Source: Candidatus Poribacteria bacterium (lineage in GTDB: Bacteria > Poribacteria > WGA-4E > PCPOR2b). From it: DNA of 64,000 nucleotides. Positions 20,151-29,383 of this stretch are shown in pieces (the stretch's first letter is position 1; every line of letters begins with the position of its first letter). The DNA lies in contig OZ244587.1 in the NCBI GenBank assembly GCA_965218095.1, positions 4,672,001 through 4,736,000 on the forward strand, written 5' to 3'. The notes under the pieces were generated by a model. It did no database searches and was not told the DNA's origin. It saw only the letters and a program-made list of their open reading frames with translations. The translations under genes were made by a program, and so were the position numbers.

Positions 20151-20286
20151 CTACCATCCCTATAGCGTCACACGCTTGGCTCTGGGAGAAACGTCGGCAA
20201 ACGCAGGATCATACCAGTCAGGGGTCAAGTCTTTCCACGGCTGCTTTGTCAGACGGTGAGACCTCCGCGTACCACATTTAATCATA
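20151..20286 (-). pseudogene. 3' remnant of the TolB-like gene (homolog of 26185-26301)
   Basis: HRLTKQPWKDLTPDWYDPAFADVSPRAKRVTL*GW*. Confidence 0.85.
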
Positions 20287-20506
20287 AGAACCTTCACTCA
20301 CTTCTGCCTTGCTGCGATGTAAATGGCGAATATATACTTTTTCCAAAGTACATCAACGGCATTAAAGCCCACGGTACAAGAAAATCCAAATGGTGTCGCA
20401 GCAAAATCGGGGGATTTTCCCTGTAAGTTTTCCTGATCGTTTATCCTGTCCTTACGACCCCGATTGCCTAGCATCCAAAAGGCAAACGGGAGGTGCTTTC
20501 AGGTAG

Positions 20507-21094
20507 TTAAAGAACCTTGGGCGGTTGTATCATGGTCTCCGCTAAGGCGAATACGCAGGAACTGTAGGCCTCTCCAAGGCTCTGACGCCAGATTTCCCTC
20601 AGATAGGGTCTGCCTACCACTGGCTCGCCATTCAGCAAAATGCCGCCTTCGTCGGCAAAGCAGAGCACCGTGAAAACAATAGACTCATTGAGTGTCGGTG
20701 GGCCGACCAATGGCGACTGAATCTGCTCCCACGTAGCTACGATGCAATCCTCTCCCACCCGAATCGTCCAGAATAGCGAGCTGCGAACGTCCCCACGGCG
20801 TGTGATTGCCGCATCCAGGACTGGTAGGTCGCGATCGAAGGGATTACCTCGTCCGCGAATCATCGTCTCGCTGATGAATTCGGCCAATTCTCGATTGTCG
20901 GTGCAAACTCCGGTGAAACCCGGATTCCCGGCGATGTCCACAAACGCCACAGTTCCCTCGCCGGCGGAACTATAGTGGGCATGGTAGAGACTGACCATGC
21001 CGCTGTCTGATTCAGCTCTTGGTGGACGTAAATAGTTAATCCAATGTTCACCAGACCAGATGAGGGTTCCTAAACTGTTTTGCAAACCATCCAT
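20507..21094 (-). CDS. Hypothetical protein
   Basis: 195-aa ORF, co-oriented, plausible composition. Confidence 0.7.
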   Translation of the reverse strand: MDGLQNSLGTLIWSGEHWINYLRPPRAESDSGMVSLYHAHYSSAGEGTVAFVDIAGNPGFTGVCTDNRELAEFISETMIRGRGNPFDRDLPVLDAAITRRGDVRSSLFWTIRVGEDCIVATWEQIQSPLVGPPTLNESIVFTVLCFADEGGILLNGEPVVGRPYLREIWRQSLGEAYSSCVFALAETMIQPPKVL

Positions 21095-21149
21095 GGCTTC
21101 TGCGTTGATTGAACTTCTCCTCCCTTAAGAAGGGAAATGGTGTGACTTC

Positions 21150-21240
21150 GGCTCATGTCAAAAGAAAGTGCAAAAGTGTTAGAGAAGCCGCGAAATCATT
21201 GGTGTGAATTTTGCCTTCGCGCGAAGTTTTAACGTGAGCC
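21150..21240. mobile_element. MITE with GGCTCAYGTYAA termini
   Basis: TIRs shared with 57097-57283. Confidence 0.6.
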
Positions 21241-21270
21241 AACTCTATAGAACGTACAAGAAATGAACAG

Positions 21271-22521
21271 CTAGGCGTGGGAAGGTGGTACAGTAAACTC
21301 CCCTTCCTTCTGTACTCTCTCGTAGGTCCGGGCAAATTCCTCAGAGCTGTCGTCAACCCACAACTCAAAATTGATTCCCCGGATAGTTCCCTCCTCACGG
21401 CCTGTCAACTGACTGACACTGGCCCAGTGTGGGGTATAAATCTTGTGACCGCCTGGCAGGTGCAGGATACCCACGTGTTTGGATGCCTCTATCGGTTTAT
21501 TCGCCGCAAACCGTTTGAGGGTATCTTCGTCTACCTCATAACCCAGTCCGGGGCCTTCTGGGACAGGGGAAAATCCTTCGATTACCGGAATTCGTTCCGT
21601 GGTGATGTCCTCTTCGTACTGGTCGTCCAAGTTGATTGAATGACCGGTCATGGAGGGCAGGACAGCGGCCATATGTAATGCCAACGCCTTCATCAGCGTT
21701 CCCCCTGTCAACTGCATTATCGTCTGGATGTTTGCCAACCCACAAACAGTCCCGCGGGCCAGGGTATCACCGATACTACATGTCGGCAGCCCGTCCCCGA
21801 TCATATAGATGTCAGCCGCACCGAAGATGATCTCCTGGAATCCGCCAAGAACCGGTCTATGCATCACAATCGGGATTTGGGTTTGTTCCCGTAGCATCCG
21901 CCAGCCATCGAGATCAGTCCTTACGAGCGGGTCTTCGATGAAGCCAACGATGGGGTGATTTTTCTCCAACTCACTGACCAGGGGCAGCAAAGCCGCCAGG
22001 GTACGGCTGCCGTTGAAATCGTAGTGTATCTTAAAACCTTCCGGTGCGACTTCTTCAGCGGCGCGTGTCTGCTCTAGGACATCGTACATTGCGCTCGTAT
22101 GCACCTTAAATACCATGTAACCTTGGGCAACCGCCCGACGAATTTCTTCACGGAATACTCTCGGCGAACACGGCCGGGTCCATGCTCCAACGGTGACTGC
22201 ATCTCGCACTTTTTGCCCTATTAGCTTGTAGGCTGGTACTTCAAGGTATTTCCCCATTACATCATAGAGCGCGCCGCCCAAGCCGGGGGTAAATGTATTG
22301 TTGATAAAGTCAAACGGGTTGCGGCCGATGAGAGGCTCGACACTCGATTGCAGAGGCAGAAGACCAGGCCAATCAGAATCGCAGTAGCCGATTAGCCCGT
22401 TGTCTGTGTGGATTTTGAAAACCGCGCGATGGTCTATGCCGCCTAAGCGGGCTTTGTGGTTCTCATAACGTTTTGCCAGCGGCGGGTGAATTCGGATAAT
22501 CTCAATATCGGTAATCTTCAT
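21271..22521 (-). CDS. Mandelate racemase/muconate lactonizing (enolase superfamily) protein
   Basis: MKITDIE, ALYDVMGK, YDFN, IEDP, PEGPGLG. Confidence 0.9.
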   Translation of the reverse strand: MKITDIEIIRIHPPLAKRYENHKARLGGIDHRAVFKIHTDNGLIGYCDSDWPGLLPLQSSVEPLIGRNPFDFINNTFTPGLGGALYDVMGKYLEVPAYKLIGQKVRDAVTVGAWTRPCSPRVFREEIRRAVAQGYMVFKVHTSAMYDVLEQTRAAEEVAPEGFKIHYDFNGSRTLAALLPLVSELEKNHPIVGFIEDPLVRTDLDGWRMLREQTQIPIVMHRPVLGGFQEIIFGAADIYMIGDGLPTCSIGDTLARGTVCGLANIQTIMQLTGGTLMKALALHMAAVLPSMTGHSINLDDQYEEDITTERIPVIEGFSPVPEGPGLGYEVDEDTLKRFAANKPIEASKHVGILHLPGGHKIYTPHWASVSQLTGREEGTIRGINFELWVDDSSEEFARTYERVQKEGEFTVPPSHA

Positions 22522-22581
22522 GGTAGACTCCTAACGTCAGGAAAAAGTGATAGCTGTAAGAGAGTATTGAGGTTCGCGCCC

Positions 22582-23808
22582 TTAATCGGCACAGAATATT
22601 CCCTCTGCTTGCACTCGTTCATAGATCTGGACGAACGCTTCAGAACCATCGTCTTCCCACACTTCAGATTTGATTCCCCGGATTGTCCCTTCTTCACGAC
22701 CCGTCACCCTACTCGGTGAAACATAGGAAGGGCCGTAGAACGTGTGACCGCCTGGCATACGCAAGATTCCCACATGTTTGGGTATCTCTATGGGGGTATT
22801 CGCAGCGATGCGCGTCAGGGCTTCTTCGTCCACCTCATAGCCCAGACCGGGGGCTTCCGGAACGGGTGATGAACCCTCGATGACCGGAACCCGCTCTGTG
22901 GTGATGTCCTCCTCGTACTGGTCGTCCAGATTGATCGTATGGGCAGTGTGAGTAGGCAGGACAGCGGCGATATGCAGCGCTAACGCCTTGGTGAGCGTAC
23001 CTCCTGTCAGTTGGACAAGTGTCTGGATGTTGGCCCTTCCAAGAGCGAAGCCCGTAGCCAAGGTATCCCCAACACCGCCTCCGAGCATATAGATATCAGC
23101 AACGCCGCAAATGACTTCCTGCATACCGCCGAGTGGCGTCACGTGCATGATGATTGGGATTCGCGTTTGCTCCCGCAGCCGTCGCCAACCGTCGATATCG
23201 GTCCTCACGAGTGGGTCTTCGATGTATCCGACGATGGGGTGATTCTTCTCCAGTTCACTAACGAGGGGCAAAACCGCTCCCAGGCTACGGTTGCCATTGA
23301 AGTCATAATGAATCTTAAAGCCTTCCGGGGCCACCTCTTCGGCGAGGCGCGTTTGCTCTATGACGTCGTGGTGAGCGCATGTGTGTATCTTAAAGATGGT
23401 GTAGCCTTCTGCCGCTGCTCGGCGGATTTCTTCGCGAAACTCTTCTGGCGAAGCCGGTCGAGTCCAGGCTGCAACCGAAACTGCATCCCGCACTTTTTGC
23501 CCCATTAGTTTGTAAGCGGGCACTTCGAGGTATTTCCCCATCACGTCGTAGAGGGCGCCGCTCAAGCCCATGTCTAAGTTGCTGTTGATGAAGTCAAACG
23601 GATCGCGGCCAATGAATGGCTCTACACTCGACTGAGGAGGTTGCCTTCCGGGGCGCCCTCGTATGTCGCCGTACCCGACCAGCCCATTGTCTGTATGCAC
23701 CTTGAAAACTGTGCGATGGTCTATGCCGTATAAACTGACTTTACGGTTTTTGTAGCGTTTTGCGAGACGTGGAAAAATTGGAATAATCTCAATGTCGGTA
23801 ATCTTCAT
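22582..23808 (-). CDS. Enolase superfamily protein, tandem paralog
   Basis: Same motifs, high similarity to its neighbour. Confidence 0.9.
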   Translation of the reverse strand: MKITDIEIIPIFPRLAKRYKNRKVSLYGIDHRTVFKVHTDNGLVGYGDIRGRPGRQPPQSSVEPFIGRDPFDFINSNLDMGLSGALYDVMGKYLEVPAYKLMGQKVRDAVSVAAWTRPASPEEFREEIRRAAAEGYTIFKIHTCAHHDVIEQTRLAEEVAPEGFKIHYDFNGNRSLGAVLPLVSELEKNHPIVGYIEDPLVRTDIDGWRRLREQTRIPIIMHVTPLGGMQEVICGVADIYMLGGGVGDTLATGFALGRANIQTLVQLTGGTLTKALALHIAAVLPTHTAHTINLDDQYEEDITTERVPVIEGSSPVPEAPGLGYEVDEEALTRIAANTPIEIPKHVGILRMPGGHTFYGPSYVSPSRVTGREEGTIRGIKSEVWEDDGSEAFVQIYERVQAEGIFCAD

Positions 23809-23837
23809 GTTATCCTCCTGTGTTATATACTTCTAAT

Positions 23838-23849
23838 GGCTTGTTAGGT
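23838..23849 (-). other. attC R''-like box directly after the GNAT stop
   Basis: TAG-TC-ACCTAAC-AAGCC. Confidence 0.45.
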
Positions 23850-23851
23850 GA

Positions 23852-24412
23852 CTATTGCAACCTTCGTTTCATAAAAACCGCTATTTCGCCATCAGGATAA
23901 TCATTGTTTGAGTAGTAGGAAATATCAATTCCTTCAACTCGAAAACCCAGTTTGCGATAGATCCTGATAGCGATCCCATTCGTATTCTGCGTCTCGCCAA
24001 CGATTGTTCTAAAACCTGCTCTTTTGGCTTTCTCTGAAACGCATTCCATCAATCGTTTACCAATGCTCATATTGCGATACACCTCTGCCACATGAAACTC
24101 CCATACCCATAAACTGCGATTCCATTTGTGTGGCTCAACAACAACAAGCCCCACAAGCAAATTGCCGTCATATGCCCCAAACGAATAACTGTCGTTGAGA
24201 ACCCTTTCATATCGCTGAAGTGTACCGTCGTCATGGTCCCAGTCCCACTTTTTGACATATGGTCTGTTGAGGGGGACAAGTTGAAGGTCAAATGAAACGC
24301 AACCTTCCGACTCTGTGTAGCTGACAGCATATTTGCTGTCAGAAGAATAGCTGCTTGCCACACGCTTAAGGTCAGTTAAATTCAATTGTGTCAAAGGGCG
24401 AATTTTAATCAT
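23852..24412 (-). CDS. GNAT acetyltransferase (streptothricin acetyltransferase-like)
   Basis: V...YRNMSIGKRL, ETQNTN..AI..Y.KLGF...GID; AT-richer than neighbours. Confidence 0.85.
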   Translation of the reverse strand: MIKIRPLTQLNLTDLKRVASSYSSDSKYAVSYTESEGCVSFDLQLVPLNRPYVKKWDWDHDDGTLQRYERVLNDSYSFGAYDGNLLVGLVVVEPHKWNRSLWVWEFHVAEVYRNMSIGKRLMECVSEKAKRAGFRTIVGETQNTNGIAIRIYRKLGFRVEGIDISYYSNNDYPDGEIAVFMKRRLQ

Positions 24413-24449
24413 TGCATTCACACGTGCTAGTCGAAGCTGCATAGCGAGA

Positions 24450-24551
24450 GAGGTTGCTGTTCTGCAACTTTGCTATGCAGGGGAAAGCGCTTTGAACGCT
24501 TCCATCAGGACTCTTGTGGATGATTACATGAGACTGACTGGTAGTTGACAT
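24450..24551 (-). pseudogene. 5' remnant of the sialidase-like gene (copy of the 17617-18681 start)
   Basis: Near identity to 18580-18681 including the RBS. Confidence 0.9.
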
Positions 24552-24598
24552 ATCAAATTTCCTTTCATACGGCTGGTGTGAAATTATCCAAGACGGGA

Positions 24599-26002
24599 TC
24601 AGTCGCCTGTCGCTGAACGGAACGAGTAAATCTCTGCCGAGCGTAGTAGAAAGCGCAACGCAATCTGCTTACCAATTAGCGCCTTTAGGTCTTGCGGCTG
24701 ATCCAACCAGGTCGGTTCAGCGGACATGTCATCACGATAGAGTGGATTGCTCTCGCATCTCGAATAGCCGGGGATGACGGCGCCCCCCTCGTCCAGAATC
24801 TCGATCCGCAGCCACCCGTCGCTGCTATCGAGCCCGGTGTAAGTCCATAGGTTACCACCGGATACGCGATAGTTGACACGAAGTCGCCCACCTGGCCACA
24901 CGAATGGCTTGGTCGTCACCAATCCCTCACGTCTGCCGGCGCGAAGCGAGACGAACCCGTCCACTCGGAGCTTCGCCAATCCGATGCACCGATCGCGATT
25001 CATGAAGCGGTCGCCATGAAAACTCGGCGCCCCTTTGTAGTAAATCCAGATTGCATCCTCGCATCGAATGAGAGGGCTGGTGGCGGGCGTAGACACCGCA
25101 TAGTCGAACGCCCCGATATCCCGCCCAGTCGGGGGCGTCGCGAAGAACGGTGTCCGGGGTCGTAGGCGATGCCAAGAACGGGTGTCCCGGCTCACCGTCA
25201 GCTCCACATCGGCATAAGGCGGCTCGCACGTGTGATACCGTTCGATGAAGCCGAGGTACAGGCTTTCGTATCGGAACGCACTCATTTGATAGAACTCGAC
25301 ATACGGCCCATCCTCCAGGTCCGGACGTAGCGCGAGTTGCGACGCAGATGAGACCGTCCGCCCATCCCGGCTGCCGACCCGATAGACGCACCGAACCCAC
25401 TGTCGCTCACGCATATCTTTGCCATCTCGGCTGAGGATAACGTACGGTTCTTCTGCCTGTGGATCAAAGAGCGCCGTGGTGCGATCCCCGAAACCGGGTA
25501 AGATGGCGTCCTCCCGCTTCGATGGAATCGTCCAGTGCAGTCCATCCGGTGAGCTGCCGACGAAAACACCACTTCCATGATAAAGGATGAACTTCCATGG
25601 GCACGCGGTGTCCCGTGTGTCATGCAATATCGTCGGCCCGTCCACCGTCAACGGCGTGGCGAAGAGGACATTGCTGGGGCCGCCGATGACATCCCGGCAG
25701 ATATCCAGTTCCGGTCGCGTCCAATGAATTCCGTCCTTGCTGGTGATTGTGCATAACATCGAACGGCACCCCTCGTAGCTGCGCGGGTGAGTCACATACC
25801 AGGCGCGAAAGCCACCGGCTGACTCATCGCGATAGACCCCCGCGATGATGACGCTGGGAATCTCCCACGGCATTTCCGGTGCAAAGAGCGGATTGAGCCT
25901 CGACCGCACGGGCTGATGCACCACACGCTCCAGAAGCGTCTGGTGTTCGATAATCTCGTCATCCACAAAAAGTTGAGCTTGGCAAACGTCAATCGGGATC
26001 AT
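24599..26002 (-). CDS. Five-bladed propeller glycosidase-like protein, copy B
   Basis: Near-identical to 18728-20134. Confidence 0.8.
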   Translation of the reverse strand: MIPIDVCQAQLFVDDEIIEHQTLLERVVHQPVRSRLNPLFAPEMPWEIPSVIIAGVYRDESAGGFRAWYVTHPRSYEGCRSMLCTITSKDGIHWTRPELDICRDVIGGPSNVLFATPLTVDGPTILHDTRDTACPWKFILYHGSGVFVGSSPDGLHWTIPSKREDAILPGFGDRTTALFDPQAEEPYVILSRDGKDMRERQWVRCVYRVGSRDGRTVSSASQLALRPDLEDGPYVEFYQMSAFRYESLYLGFIERYHTCEPPYADVELTVSRDTRSWHRLRPRTPFFATPPTGRDIGAFDYAVSTPATSPLIRCEDAIWIYYKGAPSFHGDRFMNRDRCIGLAKLRVDGFVSLRAGRREGLVTTKPFVWPGGRLRVNYRVSGGNLWTYTGLDSSDGWLRIEILDEGGAVIPGYSRCESNPLYRDDMSAEPTWLDQPQDLKALIGKQIALRFLLRSAEIYSFRSATGD

Positions 26003-26168
26003 ATATCCTCCTTTGAAATCTTCTTACTCCCATCTGGCTGACAATTCGCAGGGTTTGTCCAGGAGGTTGTCAGCACGATGTGGCCGCCCCTGGTCACCTA
26101 TCAAGCGGAACTCACCGGCAGAGTCTGTCAATAATTTTGTGTAAAATCTATTGCGCGGTAAACCTTTC

Positions 26169-27002
26169 TCACACCTTCAGCCACCCCCATAGCGTCACAC
26201 GCTTGGCTCTGGGAGAAACGTCGGCAGACGCAGTACCATACCAATCAGGGGCGAAGTCCTTCCCCGGTTCCTTTGTCAGACGGTGAGACATCCGCGTACC
26301 AATATCTAATACATAAATATCCAAAACGCGATCGGTATCATCTGCCAAGCGGACATAAGCAATGTGTTTTCCATCCGGTGACCACGTTGGCTCAAGGTCA
26401 ATCCACTTACGATTATTTGTCATATTGCGCAGAAACAATCCATCGGCATTCATCACGTAGATTTCCGCTCGTTGTCTTATTGGCCATCTGGTAAAGGCAA
26501 TTTCCCCGTCTGGTGACCACGCGGGCGAAGAATTCTGCAAGTCCGGACGGTTTGTCAGATTGCGGGGATTGTTTCCATCGGCGTCCATCACGTAGATGTC
26601 TCCGGTTATCTTTGCCCTTCTTTCCTCTCTGTGGAAGGCAATAAATCGACCATCCGGCGACCACGCGGGGTCATGGTCGTCGTCGGGATGGTCTGTCAGT
26701 CTCCGGACGTTGTTTCCATCGGCGTCCATCACGTAGATTTCAAAGTTCCCGTCTCGACCGCTAGTGAAGGCGATTTGGGCAAGTCGCGGCGGCTGCGCTT
26801 GCGCTTGATTATTTATCCATAGCGTCGTCCTGCTAGGTAGTAGATATCCAAAATTGATGGAGATTGCACCGATCCCAATCAACGCAATAAATGTCGCAAT
26901 CCCAATGCTTGGAATCAGTTGCTTGGGTAACAGTCTCCCAATGGTCTGGATAAGACTCCCTTTTGGCAAACTCCCAACCCGTTCCATCATCTGGTTTAGC
27001 AT
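26169..27002 (-). CDS. TolB-like PD40-repeat protein
   Basis: Repeated PAWSPDG and IYVMDADG; hydrophobic N-terminal segment; C-terminal VSPRAKRVTLWGWLK. Confidence 0.88.
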   Translation of the reverse strand: MLNQMMERVGSLPKGSLIQTIGRLLPKQLIPSIGIATFIALIGIGAISINFGYLLPSRTTLWINNQAQAQPPRLAQIAFTSGRDGNFEIYVMDADGNNVRRLTDHPDDDHDPAWSPDGRFIAFHREERRAKITGDIYVMDADGNNPRNLTNRPDLQNSSPAWSPDGEIAFTRWPIRQRAEIYVMNADGLFLRNMTNNRKWIDLEPTWSPDGKHIAYVRLADDTDRVLDIYVLDIGTRMSHRLTKEPGKDFAPDWYGTASADVSPRAKRVTLWGWLKV

Positions 27003-27241
27003 GCCGACCTCCTAAAAGCGGAAAGGGTTGCCGATTCGATAAGAACTGGCAATTTGAGTAAAAGATGACAACTTGGGTTATATGTAACCGTTTAGGTAGA
27101 TTGATCTTCGCATTTATAAATAATTGGCTTGCAGATTCTTTGAATATGTGATATTATTGGGGTGTTACAAGCCTGTGATTCTGAAGTTTATTAAATCGTT
27201 GGCTTGTTTTACCTTTCCTCGCCAAAGTAAAGGACACCCCA

Positions 27242-27682
27242 ATGAGTGATTTTCTTAGTGTAGTAGCGGATATACTCATTATCATTGCTGCTGGAAAGTT
27301 CATTTGGAAACACATTCCCAGTAGTGACGATTTGTATAGTATCAGAAAGTCCTTCATAGACTTCAGAGATGAAGCAAAACAACTGAAAGAAGAAGTCGTC
27401 AATTTAAGAAGGGTAGAGCTTACCAACATCGCAGAGAATCTGAAAACTAGAGATGCAACTGCGAAGAAAACCGTACCTGTTGAAGATATTGACAAGAAAC
27501 TTGATTCTTTTCAACAGTCAGTAACGAGAATGGACAGGTACATGACAACTACCCTTGCAACTCATGTAGCAGTCATCAAGTCAATAGATAGTATAGAGGG
27601 GCGTTATGCCCAAATGGAGGAACGATTTGGGCAAACCGAAACAACCCTCCGAAATGTTGCTAGAAGATTGCACATGAGATAG
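27242..27682 (+). CDS. Passenger hypothetical protein, N-terminal TM plus coiled coil
   Basis: AAGGA RBS, hydrophobic N-terminus, heptad-like composition. Confidence 0.75.
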   Translation: MSDFLSVVADILIIIAAGKFIWKHIPSSDDLYSIRKSFIDFRDEAKQLKEEVVNLRRVELTNIAENLKTRDATAKKTVPVEDIDKKLDSFQQSVTRMDRYMTTTLATHVAVIKSIDSIEGRYAQMEERFGQTETTLRNVARRLHMR

Positions 27683-27747
27683 ACATAAAACAGGCGAGGG
27701 GGTGTTATAGCACCCCCACCGCCACAACATGGCAAAGGAGACCCCCC

Positions 27748-27927
27748 ATGCCACGCATCAAATACATCAAGTCTTACAGGCGTAAAGACGGCACGCTTGT
27801 AAGTCCACATATACGGACAACTGCTGATAACACCCTCTGCATCACGACTTATTCCAATGAAAGGAGGGATTATCGTGTTTATAAAAATACGCAAAACCTT
27901 TACGTTTATCGTACTCAAAATCGCTAA
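27748..27927 (+). CDS. Small protein with YxRKDGTxVxxHxRT motif (59 aa, absent from the ORF track)
   Basis: AAGGAG RBS; MPRIKYIKSYRRKDGTLVSPHIRTTADN... Confidence 0.65.
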   Translation: MPRIKYIKSYRRKDGTLVSPHIRTTADNTLCITTYSNERRDYRVYKNTQNLYVYRTQNR

Positions 27928-28116
27928 ACGTAAGGGTAATCAAACGCCGTATAGCAGTCCTTATACGGCTACGCCTAAGCAATAACTCTTAGGCAATATC
28001 AGGGGGTGCTACACAAAGCACTCCCTGATATTTTGTTGCTAGAGTGTCCGGCTCCCACCGGACACTCCCTTATGGGAAAACCTCTGAAAATATGACTCAG
28101 AAAGGAGGCAGATGTT

Positions 28117-28311
28117 ATGTCATCACAAAGGAAGGTGGATATTCAACGTGTTAAAGAACATCTACAAAAACATGCTGATAAAACCCACCGAATTGAAGAG
28201 AGGTTATTTACCTCTACTGCAACCGTAGAAGATTTAAGAGTTGCAATTCAGTTACTTAAAAATGACTACACACTAATTACAACCATTTTCAAAAGGTTGG
28301 AAATAGTGTAA
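28117..28311 (+). CDS. Passenger small coiled-coil protein
   Basis: AAAGGAGG RBS, 64 aa. Confidence 0.7.
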   Translation: MSSQRKVDIQRVKEHLQKHADKTHRIEERLFTSTATVEDLRVAIQLLKNDYTLITTIFKRLEIV

Positions 28312-28349
28312 TCTAATCCTTCTATGGAGTCTCCAGAGGTTTTCCCACC

Positions 28350-29231
28350 CTACACAAAGCATTCCCTGATAAACTTCTTGAAGATGTTCCGGTTCTTCCG
28401 GTTGTTGTACTTGTAACACGCCTCAGCGATGTAGAGCGAAACATGCTTGTAGTGGTGATGTGTACCATGAAACGCACGTTTCACCAGCGACCAGAACCCT
28501 TCAATCGTGTTTGTGTGGGTATTACCGTCCACGTACTGCCAGTTCTTGTGTCTGATGACATGGTGAGGCATGAGCCCATCAACCGCCTCATACGATGAGA
28601 ACTCATCTGTCATTAGAACTGAATCCTTCGGCTTCTCAATAACGCCTTTGATGAACCCCAAAACGCCCTTACGACTCAAACTCGTAGCCACACGCGCCAC
28701 AACATTCCCAGCCCGTTCAACAGCACCGATAACGGGCGTTTTCTTCGTGCCTCTACCTCGCTTGCTCGGTGGAGGCAAGTTCCCGTCCTTGTCTTTTCGT
28801 CGTCGGGGCTTACCGCCCACGTAGGTTTCATCGCATTCAATAATTCCTCTCAGTAAAACCTTGCCCTTTCTACCCATCTCAGACCTGATTCGTTTCATCA
28901 TGAACCAAGCTGAGGGTTGCGTTAAGTCCAAATGACGAGCCATTTGACAACTTGATAGGCTTTTCTTCGCATCGTTCATTAACAGGATAGCCATAAACCA
29001 CTTCTGAAGTGGAATCTGTGTTCCTTGAAATATCGTTCCCTGTAACACATTGAAACTTGACTTACAAGTATGGCAATTCCAACGACCAATTATGCTAGCT
29101 TCATTCTTCGGTGCAACCTTTTTACTTTCGCAATATGGACACTCAGGTTTGCCACCCCAGCGGATAGTTTCTAAGTGTTTAATACAACTCTCTTGGTCAG
29201 AAAATCGTTCTACAGCATCAAACAAGTTCAT
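28350..29231 (-). CDS. IS1595-family transposase
   Basis: CPYC/CHTC zinc ribbon, DETYVGG, TDE, HTNTIEGFWSLVKR, YNNR. Confidence 0.97.
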   Translation of the reverse strand: MNLFDAVERFSDQESCIKHLETIRWGGKPECPYCESKKVAPKNEASIIGRWNCHTCKSSFNVLQGTIFQGTQIPLQKWFMAILLMNDAKKSLSSCQMARHLDLTQPSAWFMMKRIRSEMGRKGKVLLRGIIECDETYVGGKPRRRKDKDGNLPPPSKRGRGTKKTPVIGAVERAGNVVARVATSLSRKGVLGFIKGVIEKPKDSVLMTDEFSSYEAVDGLMPHHVIRHKNWQYVDGNTHTNTIEGFWSLVKRAFHGTHHHYKHVSLYIAEACYKYNNRKNRNIFKKFIRECFV

Positions 29232-29383
29232 TCATCTCAACTCCTTTATTCATAAGGGTTTGATGCCTATATTGTATCAAATTTACACAAAACTTGCAAG
29301 CCTAAACCTTATAAGCGCGTTGATCTTTTGCCCTCCTCTTCATTTTTACCCCCTGAACGGTTACGGTTATATGAGTCACATCA

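Larger units (their letters stand above)
27109..29319 (-). mobile_element. IS1595-family element carrying passenger genes
   Basis: TSD TTGATCTT at 27101-27108 and 29320-29327; imperfect 25-bp TIR CGC..TTATAA......GGCTTGCA; low GC. Confidence 0.9.
27084..29364. mobile_element. 62-bp MITE interrupted by an IS1595 element
   Basis: TIR GTAACCGTTTAGG / CCTGAACGGTTAC (12 of 13); TSD GGTTATAT at 27076-27083 and 29365-29372; solo end also near 17568-17580. Confidence 0.8.

Noticed and set aside
18580-26017. Duplication as a simple assembly repeat error
   Set aside because: The copies differ by many substitutions, an in-frame indel and different flanks; a strain chimera is still not excluded
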